64,000 nucleotides of DNA from Mucilaginibacter sp. (GTDB lineage: Bacteria; Bacteroidota; Bacteroidia; Sphingobacteriales; Sphingobacteriaceae): NCBI GenBank assembly GCA_028288285.1, contig JAQBNZ010000129.1, positions 31,390 to 95,389 on the forward strand, read 5' to 3'. Below the pieces are notes generated by a model. The model ran no database searches and had not been told where the DNA came from. It saw only the letters and a list, made by a program, of their open reading frames with translations. Below are positions 41,114-49,453 of this stretch, piece after piece (positions within the stretch are counted from its first letter, which is position 1; each line of letters starts with the position of its first letter). A program made the translations under genes and the position numbers.

Positions 41114-41160
41114 TAAAAATAAAAAAATACTTGACAGATATCCTAATAGTCCCTATATTG
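41109..41160 (+). promoter_or_regulatory. Strong promoter for the putative ncRNA
   Basis: A-tract (UP-like), then TTGACA (41131-36), a 17-nt spacer, and TATATT(G) (41154-60). No ORF lies downstream. Confidence 0.7.
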
Positions 41161-41164
41161 TAAT

Positions 41165-41785
41165 TAACAAGAACGACGTACTTTGACAGCCTTACAGGAT
41201 TACAGAAACTGAATTCGGGTGAACCTTCGGGGGAACTAAAGATCAGGGAAGTGCCTGAATTAATAAAGAGAATAAAAGACGAAAGTAGTTTAACTCGGAA
41301 TTAATTAAAGAGGTATTATTAACACTGCAATACTTTACGGAGAAACGCAGAAGAAATAATGACCATGAAGCAATCGGCGTTAGCAAACAATGAGCAATCA
41401 GCATTCACTATGAATATGATTAATCAACGTTGTACAGATAACGACAGAGTCGACTTCCCCTAGGGAGATTGACAAAATCAATTATCGAAGATACAATGAC
41501 CTAACCGGAAACCGCAAGGAAGAAGGATAGTGTTCGGAGTTAAACGATATTGATGGAGTTACCTCCGCAAGGAGACAGACAAAGTCCGCATTAAGTCAAC
41601 ATTTGATTATATCAGCATTCAAAGTAATAAAGATGAATCAGCGTTAGCAATAACAAAGAGAAGATCAGGTCGGTTAATTTACACAAAACTTGTTAGCTTC
41701 TGAGTGGCTATGGTCATTCATGAGGTCAGGAAACGGAAGAAGAATCGAAAGAGGAAGCTTCCGTTTTCGATTTTATAAGGTTTTT
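41165..41785 (+). ncRNA. Putative large (~600 nt) structured non-coding RNA of unrecognised class
   Basis: No plus-strand ORF >=60 aa. Own promoter, boxA-like GTACTTTGACA, UUCG/GAAA/GCAA-capped hairpins, long-range helices (41358-66/41710-18, 41288-96/41537-45, 41421-27/41603-09), and a 5'-3' closing helix (41188-201/41769-82). Confidence 0.75.
41743..41776 (+). terminator. Possible terminator/3' hairpin of the ncRNA
   Basis: AATCGAAAG-A-GGA-AGCT-TCC-G-TTTTCGATT followed by TTAT. It competes with alternative pairings. Confidence 0.45.
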
Positions 41786-41854
41786 GGCATAGCAAATTGT
41801 CAGTACCTGCGAACCATCATAGTTTAAATGCCGCCGTCGCTCGACTCCCAGCTC

Positions 41855-42331
41855 ACAGGTGTTCGGAAGATAGTTGAATAGCTCCTCGGGTGAGTCAACT
41901 AAGCCATAGTTCCACAGTTTTAATGTTTCTTGATTGCCGTTGACTTTAGTCAACGGTTAAATGCAAATGATATTGGCTTTAGCCAAACAGATGAATGTGG
42001 CTAAAGCCATTCTTTACACTTTACTATCCGCCCCATAAATGGGACGGCAATGATATATCTAATATTCTCTGCCATCGTTTGGCTCCAGCCTACAGGTGTT
42101 CGGAAGATAGTCGAATAAGCTCCTCGGCAATTAACTCACCCCGACTACAATATGCTGGCGGTCGAGCGAAGGAAAGACCGGGTGAGTCAACTAAGCCATA
42201 GTTCCACAGTTTTAATGTTTCTTGATTGCCGTTGACTTTAGTCAACGGTTAAATGCAAAATGATATTGGCTTTAGCCAAACAGGTGAATGTGGCTAAAGC
42301 CATTCCTTACACTTTTACTATCCGCTCCATA
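41855..42331. repeat. Tandem duplication of composite REP-like elements (copy 1 41855-42037, copy 2 42092-42331)
   Basis: Near-identical copies carry the palindromes CCGTTGACTTTAGTCAACGG, GGCTTTAGCC and GGCTAAAGCC. Copy 2 has an extra ~52 nt (about 42128-42179). Confidence 0.85.
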
Positions 42332-42422
42332 GGCCGGGCGACTGTTTTAACTTAGTATTTTCCCTTACAACTTTACCAATATTTTCAATTACTCCCAACC
42401 AAAAACCCTACTTTAGTGTTCT

Positions 42423-43775
42423 ATGATAAAGGATACTACTGATAAATTGGACAGGAAGAAAAAAATATTTGTACTGGATACCTCGGTTATCCTATATGAT
42501 CATAACGCGTTTGAAAATTTCCAGGAGCATGATGTAGCTATCCCCATACAGGTGCTGGAAGAGCTGGACAATATGAAGAGCGGTAACGATACCCGTAACT
42601 TTGAGGCCCGCAGTTTTATCAGGCTAATGGATGATATGTCGCGTAACCGCCTCATTAATCAGTGGCTTCCGCTTAACGGCAAAAGTAAAGGCTGTTTTAA
42701 GGTGATAATGGATGTAAAGAACAGCAGTGCCGATGCCGAAGTTGTTTTTGGTTCAGAAAAAATAGACCACCGCATATTAAACGCCGCCCTGGGTGTGCAG
42801 TTTGAGCACCCTGATAGAAAAGTAATACTGGTTTCAAAAGATATATGCCTGCGGCTAAAGGCAAAATCACTTAACCTTAATGCTGAGGATTATGAAACAG
42901 GTAAGGTTAAAAACCTTGATGAACTTTATAGCGGCAAAACTGTACTAAACAAAGTAAGCGAAAAGCTGCTGGGCAAACTAAATAAAAATGATACCCTTAC
43001 CGGAGGAGAACTGGAAATAGAACCCAAAGCCGGTAATCAGTTTTATGTATTAAACAGTAAAAATGGTACAGCATCTGCCTTTTACAATTCGCAAAGCGGC
43101 CAGGCAGAGAGAGTGACCGAGCAGCCTGCCCTTAACATTTATCCCCGCAATTTAGAACAGGCCTTTGCCATACATGCACTGCTGCACCCGGATATTAAAC
43201 TGGTAACCATACAGGGCAATGCAGGTACCGGTAAAACGCTTTTAGCGCTGGCAAGCGCGCTGGAACAGCGTAAGCATTACCGCCAAATATTTGTTACCCG
43301 CCCAATTGTACCCTTAAGTAATAAGGATATAGGCTTTTTGCCCGGCGATGTTAAATCAAAGATAGACCCGTATATGGCGCCCATTTGGGATAACCTTAAA
43401 TTTATTAAAGACCAGTTTGCCGAAGATGAAAAGATGCAGGCAAAAATTGATGAATTGGTTGCAAATGATAAAATATCCATCACCCCGCTGGCCTTTATAC
43501 GTGGGCGCACACTAAGCAAGATATTTTTTATTGTTGATGAAGCGCAGAACCTTACACCCCACGAAGTGAAAACTATTATATCACGCGCTGGCGAAAATAG
43601 TAAATTTATATTCACAGGTGATATTTACCAGATAGATACCCCGTACCTGGATGCGGAAAGTAATGGCCTGTCTTATCTGATAGATAAGGCCAAAGGACAT
43701 CCGTTGTATGCCCACATTACTCTGCAAAAAGGGGAGAGGAGCGAATTAGCCAATTTGGCTAATGATTTATTGTAA
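42423..43775 (+). CDS. PIN-domain PhoH family protein (PhoH2-like)
   Basis: N-terminal PIN (VLDTSV, VLEELD, DHRIL, VSKD), GNAGTGKT, IGFLPG, FIRGRTL, VDEAQN, GDIYQID. Confidence 0.93.
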   Translation: MIKDTTDKLDRKKKIFVLDTSVILYDHNAFENFQEHDVAIPIQVLEELDNMKSGNDTRNFEARSFIRLMDDMSRNRLINQWLPLNGKSKGCFKVIMDVKNSSADAEVVFGSEKIDHRILNAALGVQFEHPDRKVILVSKDICLRLKAKSLNLNAEDYETGKVKNLDELYSGKTVLNKVSEKLLGKLNKNDTLTGGELEIEPKAGNQFYVLNSKNGTASAFYNSQSGQAERVTEQPALNIYPRNLEQAFAIHALLHPDIKLVTIQGNAGTGKTLLALASALEQRKHYRQIFVTRPIVPLSNKDIGFLPGDVKSKIDPYMAPIWDNLKFIKDQFAEDEKMQAKIDELVANDKISITPLAFIRGRTLSKIFFIVDEAQNLTPHEVKTIISRAGENSKFIFTGDIYQIDTPYLDAESNGLSYLIDKAKGHPLYAHITLQKGERSELANLANDLL

Positions 43776-43798
43776 GAGGCAGTCACCTTAAATTTTAT

Positions 43799-43828
43799 TG
43801 TCAATTGCGAGCGCAGCGCGGCAATCTC
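43799..43828. repeat. GTCATTGCGAG-type REP-like half element
   Basis: TGTCAATTGCGAGCGCAGCGCGGCAATCTC between convergent genes; a fuller relative lies at 54756-54868. Confidence 0.6.
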
Positions 43829-43876
43829 ATAGCCCATGCATAACAACTTTGCATGCGATGGTGCACGAACCACTCT

Positions 43877-46045
43877 TTACCTTAAGGCATTCTCTGTTAC
43901 CTTGGCTATATCAATGCTAATTTTATTAATAAAGCCCAGTTGCTCCTTCATCAGTATATCATCTGCCGTAAGCGGTATCTTTTCAGTTTCTGGTTTTATA
44001 ACTTCGGCTTTAACAGTTTCCGGCTTAGCGGCAGGTGAGGTAATAGTTTCACCTTTAAGTTTTTTATTTGTTTCTTTTAATACGGCAATGCTGCGTTTAA
44101 CCAGCTTTAATGTATCAGCATGTGGTTTCTGAGGGCCCGTTCTTATCAGTGCCGAAGCTATATTAGCTGTATATGACGACAGGATATGGTTCAGTACCAC
44201 AAACTTGTGAATATCTTTAATGTTGCGCTGTTTGCTTTTGGGTTCAGATGTCATGCGCTCAAAAGTGGCAGATAAGTTGGCCGAGTTTACATAAACATCT
44301 TTGCGGGCAAGCTTATACTCAGTAATGCTTACTTCCTTGCCTGCAATGCTTTCTGATATTTTTTTAAGATAGTTGATGTTAGCCGTAATAACCGACTCTA
44401 ACGTTTCTTTTATCTGCTCAAATTCCCATGTAGGGAATATAATATAACTGGCAACAAGTGCTATACTTGATCCTATAAGCGTATCAATAATGCGCTCCTG
44501 GAAAATGTTGATCTGACCAAGTCCTAAAAACTTAAACAGTATCAGCACATAAGGTGTCATGAAAATAACGCTCACTACATAGTTTAGCCTTAAAAAGCTG
44601 TATGCACCTACCATCAATACCACCAGTAATATAAATTGTACGGTTTTGTCGGGTATAAAAGTTAGTATCAATATACCTATTACACCGCCGCCAATGGTTC
44701 CTATCAATCTTTGATAATTACGCTGTTTTGAAAGACTAAAGCCGGGTTTTAGTATCACTATAATGGTAAGCAACACCCAATAGCTATGGCCGCCTAATGA
44801 GATATATTTAGAGGTGATATAACCTATTAAACAAACTAATGATACCCTTAACGAATGTTTAAAAGTAGCTGATTTTAACGAAAGGTTATCAAAAATAATA
44901 TGGGGTGCATAATCCTGATGGGTGACAAATTTAGAATACTCAACATCATCGTCTGGAGTGCCAATTAAACTTTCAGACGCTTTGGAGTGATAGTATTTAT
45001 AAATGTTTGATATGCTTTTAGTTAAGTCGCGCAGGTTTATCAAAATCTTCTTTAACACCAGGTTGCTTGTTTCTTTGTCATCTACACCAACTTCGTCAAT
45101 TTTTAGCTTTAATTGCTCCAGTCTAAACCCCAGATTACTTGTTTTTTCGGGCCTTGAATTGGCAAGAATGGAATAGCCAACATTATCCAGCTCATCGGCT
45201 ACATGATTCAAAAAATCTGATATCTCATGTAACACCCCCGTATCTTTAAACTTTTCGCGTATATAGGCATAATCATAATGAGTAGCCATTATTTGCTCAA
45301 ACATATCAACCAGGTCAATAAATGTAAGTACCAGTATCCGGCTTGCAGCGGTTGATTCCTTTACCATCAGTCGGCTTTTAAAAAGCAGTTCGCGAACAGC
45401 ATCCTGATGATTGCTTACCTTTATTTGTTGCAACACCAGCTTGCGGTAATTCTCATCAATATCTACCTCTGGCCTGTAAAAGTCTGCCTTAATTCGCAAA
45501 AATCTGGCAATGTCGGCAACGTTTTCACCCAGCGTTTGCTGGGCCGCGCGATAAGGGCGTATGCCAAAAAATATCATACTGAAAGCCATATACCACAAAC
45601 CGCCTGCTAAAACAGTAACGCAAAACAGGGGCAGCTCCCGCGGAGGTATGTCTTTATCCAACATAAATATCATTATCAGCAGCGAACTTGTACCTACAGA
45701 TGCAGCCCGGTTGCCGTACACATTAAACATGGAAAATATGAAGGAGAATAGCGTAATCTCTAATCCAAGTGCGTAAACGTTAAGCCGGGCAAAGCCGGTT
45801 ATCATAGCTACAGCAAAAAGGCATAAATTACCAATGGCCATTGCATTACGCTTTTGTGATACAGGGCCGGGGCTATCAATAGTGCATATACATAATGCGC
45901 CCAGAGAGAGGGTGAGGCCCAGGTTAAAATTACCCAATTGCATCATCACTAACGATGGCAGCAAAATACCGGCAGATATGCGCAAACCGTCAGAAAAATA
46001 CTGGCTGTAAAAAAAGCTTTTTATTTCTCTTTTATAATTGTTCAT
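43877..46045 (-). CDS. FUSC family membrane protein (YccS/YhfK-like)
   Basis: N-terminal TM block, FKHSLRV, HSYWVLLT..KPG, QRLIGT, ERIIDTLIG. Confidence 0.9.
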   Translation of the reverse strand: MNNYKREIKSFFYSQYFSDGLRISAGILLPSLVMMQLGNFNLGLTLSLGALCICTIDSPGPVSQKRNAMAIGNLCLFAVAMITGFARLNVYALGLEITLFSFIFSMFNVYGNRAASVGTSSLLIMIFMLDKDIPPRELPLFCVTVLAGGLWYMAFSMIFFGIRPYRAAQQTLGENVADIARFLRIKADFYRPEVDIDENYRKLVLQQIKVSNHQDAVRELLFKSRLMVKESTAASRILVLTFIDLVDMFEQIMATHYDYAYIREKFKDTGVLHEISDFLNHVADELDNVGYSILANSRPEKTSNLGFRLEQLKLKIDEVGVDDKETSNLVLKKILINLRDLTKSISNIYKYYHSKASESLIGTPDDDVEYSKFVTHQDYAPHIIFDNLSLKSATFKHSLRVSLVCLIGYITSKYISLGGHSYWVLLTIIVILKPGFSLSKQRNYQRLIGTIGGGVIGILILTFIPDKTVQFILLVVLMVGAYSFLRLNYVVSVIFMTPYVLILFKFLGLGQINIFQERIIDTLIGSSIALVASYIIFPTWEFEQIKETLESVITANINYLKKISESIAGKEVSITEYKLARKDVYVNSANLSATFERMTSEPKSKQRNIKDIHKFVVLNHILSSYTANIASALIRTGPQKPHADTLKLVKRSIAVLKETNKKLKGETITSPAAKPETVKAEVIKPETEKIPLTADDILMKEQLGFINKISIDIAKVTENALR

Positions 46046-46247
46046 GTATAAGGTAATTCTGCGGTATTATTATTGAGCAAAAATAAACAAATAAAGTTTG
46101 TAGGTGTTTCAATAACCAATATTGCATTAAAGTGGTTTAAATGTTATTAATTTTTCAGTTATTGCCCTTAAATAGATTTTAGATAACTAAATTCACGCCG
46201 TAAAGCCCGGCTTGCCGGAATATTTTAATTTGCTAACCTGTACTGTT

Positions 46248-48821
46248 ATGCCATCAACTCAAAGGCTCACTCAAAGAGAAACAACATTTAATTACGAAGT
46301 TGTAAAACGTTTTGAATTATACAATAGTTTGTTTCAAACACTTCCTTTTTACCAGGTTAAGGATACAGGTATATTATTGCCTTTTTTTAGTTCGCATTGC
46401 GATAAAGGGGCGGCAAAAAACTCATCACCGGCAAGTATAATTGAATCTTTCTTTAAAAAGTATGTGCCCGATATTGACCATAAGGAACAAATAAACCGTT
46501 TATTCAGGTTTATTCAATATATTGAAAGACAAGTAGTTTTGTTTGACGCTATTGAAGATTCATCTTTTAGTAAGGTGGGCCGTTCTGATGATTCGGGTAC
46601 ACTGCAAAGCTTAATTCAGCAGGCATCGGTAAGTGAGCATGCCCGCAAAAAAATTAGTGAACAATTGAAGGATTTTTCGCTAAGACTGGTATTGACTGCA
46701 CACCCAACCCAGTTTTATCCGGGTACGGTTCTGGGTATCATGACTGATCTGATAGAAGCCCTTAAAACCAATGATATTACTAATATTGATGTTTTGTTAC
46801 AGCAACTGGGTAAAACGCCTTTCTTTAATAAAACATCGCCAACACCTGTAGATGAAGCGGTTAGCCTGGTTTGGTTCTTGGAGAACATATTTTACCATGC
46901 ATTGTCTGGCATACAATCAAAATTAGAAGAAGAGTTTGAATTAGATGGTGGTCACCAGATTTTAGAATTGGGTTTTTGGCCAGGTGGCGACAGGGATGGC
47001 AACCCCAACGTAACTACCGAAACCACACGTGAGGTTGCATCCATATTAAGACAGATAATTTTCCGTTGCTACTACCGGGATTTTAGAGTATTAAAACGCC
47101 GTATTACCTTTAGAGGTTTTGCTGATAATATTGCCGCGCTTGAAAAGCTGCTTTATGAAAATGCCTTTAATGTACAGAATAAACCTAAAGATCTGCAGCC
47201 AGAAATGCTTGGTCTGCTTAAATCAATGAGGGAAACGCTCGTTACCGACCATGATAGCCTTTTTGTAAATATTGTTGATAACCTGATACAAAAAGTGCAG
47301 CTATTTGGATCATACTTTGCCACACTGGATATAAGGCAGGATAGCCGGGTTTTACGCGATGTATTTAAATACTGTACTAAAAATATATATACAGGCGTAC
47401 CAAAAGATTACCATGACCAAAGTGAAGAAGCTAAAATAAAAAGCCTTCCGTTTAACCAGGCTGATTTTAAGTGCCCGGCAACTGAAGATGACATGACCCG
47501 CGATACGCTTAATACCATCAGGCTGATGAAACAAATTCAGCAGAGTAATGGCGAAAAGGGTTGTCAACGTTTTATTATTAGTAATTGCCAGCAGGCAACT
47601 GATATACTGCAGCTTATTGACCTGTTTTTATGGAGCGGGTGGGAAAAGGATAAATTAAGTGTTGACTTTATGCCGCTGTTTGAAACAGTAAACGACTTAA
47701 AGCATGCAGGTGATGTAATGGAAAAATTATACACCCATCCATTCTACAAAACACATTTAAAAAGACGCGGAAACAAGCAAACTATAATGCTGGGCTTTAG
47801 CGATAGTACTAAGGATGGTGGTTATCTGATGGCTAATTGGTCTATCTATCAGGCTAAAGTTGAACTTACTGCTATAGCACGAAAACACGGTATTGCACTT
47901 GCGTTTTTTGATGGTAGAGGTGGCCCACCTGCACGTGGCGGTGGTAAAACGCATCGCTTTTATGCTTCAATGGGTAAAGAGATAGCTAACGAAAGTATTC
48001 AACTGACCATACAAGGGCAAACGGTTAGCTCACAATATGGGTCTGTAGAAACGGCAAGGTTTAATACCGAGCAACTGATAAATGCCGGCATAACTTCGGC
48101 ATTGCATCCTAACCATCAGGATCTGCTGGATGATAGGCATAAAGCCCTGATATCTGAAATGGCTGATGAAAGCCATAAACTTTTCTTAAGCCTGCGAGAA
48201 GATCCTTTATTTGTAGAGTATCTGGAAAAATTTAGTCCGCTTAAATTATTGTCGCATATCAATATCAGCAGCAGGCCAACCAAGCGTAATGCAGGTGCTA
48301 AGATGAAGCTTGAAGATTTGCGTGCAATTAGCTTTGTAACCTCATGGAGCCAATTAAAACAAAGCATTCCTGGTTTTTACGGAGTAGGTGCAGCATTAAA
48401 GAAAATGAAAGATAGCGGGAGCTGGAAAGAGGTTAAAGACCTTTATCGCTCTTCCGGATTTTTCAAAACTATGGTAGATAACTGTATGATGTCGATGTCA
48501 AAATCAGATTTTAGGGTTACGGCATATTTGGAAAAGGATGCCAGGTTTGGCGAGTTTTGGAAAGGCCTGCGCGATGAATTTGAATTAACCAAAAACCTAT
48601 TGCTGGAACTGACCGACTCTAAAGTTTTAATGGAAGAGTTCCCTGTAGAAAGCCGTTCAATTGCCATACGCGAGAAAATTGTTTTGCCTTTAGTAATTAT
48701 CCAGCATTACGCACTTGCTCTTTTAAATAAAACTAACGACGAGGAGTTAATTGGAATTTATAATAAGCTGGTAATACGTACAGTATATGGTATTATTAAT
48801 GCAGGCCGGAATTTAGCATAA
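46248..48821 (+). CDS. ppc: Phosphoenolpyruvate carboxylase
   Basis: LTAHPT, GGDRDGNP, LDIRQ, PLFET, MLGFSDSTKDGG, GRGG..ARGGG, LRAI. ATG 46248 preferred over TTG 46212. Confidence 0.95.
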   Translation: MPSTQRLTQRETTFNYEVVKRFELYNSLFQTLPFYQVKDTGILLPFFSSHCDKGAAKNSSPASIIESFFKKYVPDIDHKEQINRLFRFIQYIERQVVLFDAIEDSSFSKVGRSDDSGTLQSLIQQASVSEHARKKISEQLKDFSLRLVLTAHPTQFYPGTVLGIMTDLIEALKTNDITNIDVLLQQLGKTPFFNKTSPTPVDEAVSLVWFLENIFYHALSGIQSKLEEEFELDGGHQILELGFWPGGDRDGNPNVTTETTREVASILRQIIFRCYYRDFRVLKRRITFRGFADNIAALEKLLYENAFNVQNKPKDLQPEMLGLLKSMRETLVTDHDSLFVNIVDNLIQKVQLFGSYFATLDIRQDSRVLRDVFKYCTKNIYTGVPKDYHDQSEEAKIKSLPFNQADFKCPATEDDMTRDTLNTIRLMKQIQQSNGEKGCQRFIISNCQQATDILQLIDLFLWSGWEKDKLSVDFMPLFETVNDLKHAGDVMEKLYTHPFYKTHLKRRGNKQTIMLGFSDSTKDGGYLMANWSIYQAKVELTAIARKHGIALAFFDGRGGPPARGGGKTHRFYASMGKEIANESIQLTIQGQTVSSQYGSVETARFNTEQLINAGITSALHPNHQDLLDDRHKALISEMADESHKLFLSLREDPLFVEYLEKFSPLKLLSHINISSRPTKRNAGAKMKLEDLRAISFVTSWSQLKQSIPGFYGVGAALKKMKDSGSWKEVKDLYRSSGFFKTMVDNCMMSMSKSDFRVTAYLEKDARFGEFWKGLRDEFELTKNLLLELTDSKVLMEEFPVESRSIAIREKIVLPLVIIQHYALALLNKTNDEELIGIYNKLVIRTVYGIINAGRNLA

Positions 48822-48919
48822 TGGTTCGACAAGCACCATGACACAAGAAGACATTGTAAATATTATAAACCGTATGGTGCAAAATTTGTTGTACCACTAT
48901 TATAAGCTTAATATTTACA

Positions 48920-49453
48920 ATGAAAAAATCATTTTGCATTGCTATTACATTAGTGGTACTATTTGCGGCACAAGCCTGTAACGATACCCGGAGAGGCAAA
49001 AATTACAATGATAGGACCCTGGTTGATGATACCGGTATATCGTTAATAAAGAATGGAGTTGAATCTGGCAACGCGGAGGTAAAACTGTCCCTGCTGGCCG
49101 AAAAGCAATCGCAAAATGCCAAGGTTATTGATTTTGCCAAAATGATGATCACAGATCATACCGCTGTTGGTAACGAATTGAAAAAACTTGCTGCTGGTAA
49201 AAAAGTGAACACAAGTGATACTTTAACAATGGAACACCTGCACTTAATAACCAGTTTGTCAAAAAAAGCAGGTGCAGAATTTGATAAAGAATACATGCAG
49301 GCAATGGTTGCCGACCATAAAAGAGCCGTTGAAGTATTTAAAGCTGCTGCTGATAATACCGATGTAACTGTAAATCATTTTGCAAAGAAAACTATTCCTA
49401 AACTGGAAGGTCATTTAGAAGAAGCCAATAAAATATTTGCCTCTTTAAAATAG
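48920..49453 (+). CDS. DUF4142 domain lipoprotein
   Basis: Lipobox AQAC, FAKMMITDH, FDKEYMQAMVADH, LEGHLEEA. Confidence 0.88.
   Translation: MKKSFCIAITLVVLFAAQACNDTRRGKNYNDRTLVDDTGISLIKNGVESGNAEVKLSLLAEKQSQNAKVIDFAKMMITDHTAVGNELKKLAAGKKVNTSDTLTMEHLHLITSLSKKAGAEFDKEYMQAMVADHKRAVEVFKAAADNTDVTVNHFAKKTIPKLEGHLEEANKIFASLK

Noticed and set aside
41165-41785. rRNA fragment, RNase P, tmRNA, SRP, 6S or self-splicing intron
   Set aside because: No recognisable rRNA sequence, no GAGGAAAGTCC (RNase P), no tRNA-like GGGG...CCA ends, too long for SRP or 6S, no group II GTGCG start or domain V, and no interrupted host gene. Judged by eye; cmscan is still needed.
41726-42201. ORFs 41726..41953(-) and 41995..42201(+)
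   Set aside because: They run through palindromic repeats and the RNA 3' end and have no protein-like motifs; likely spurious.
41855-42331. CRISPR array
   Set aside because: Only two long copies, no regular repeat-spacer period, and no cas genes.
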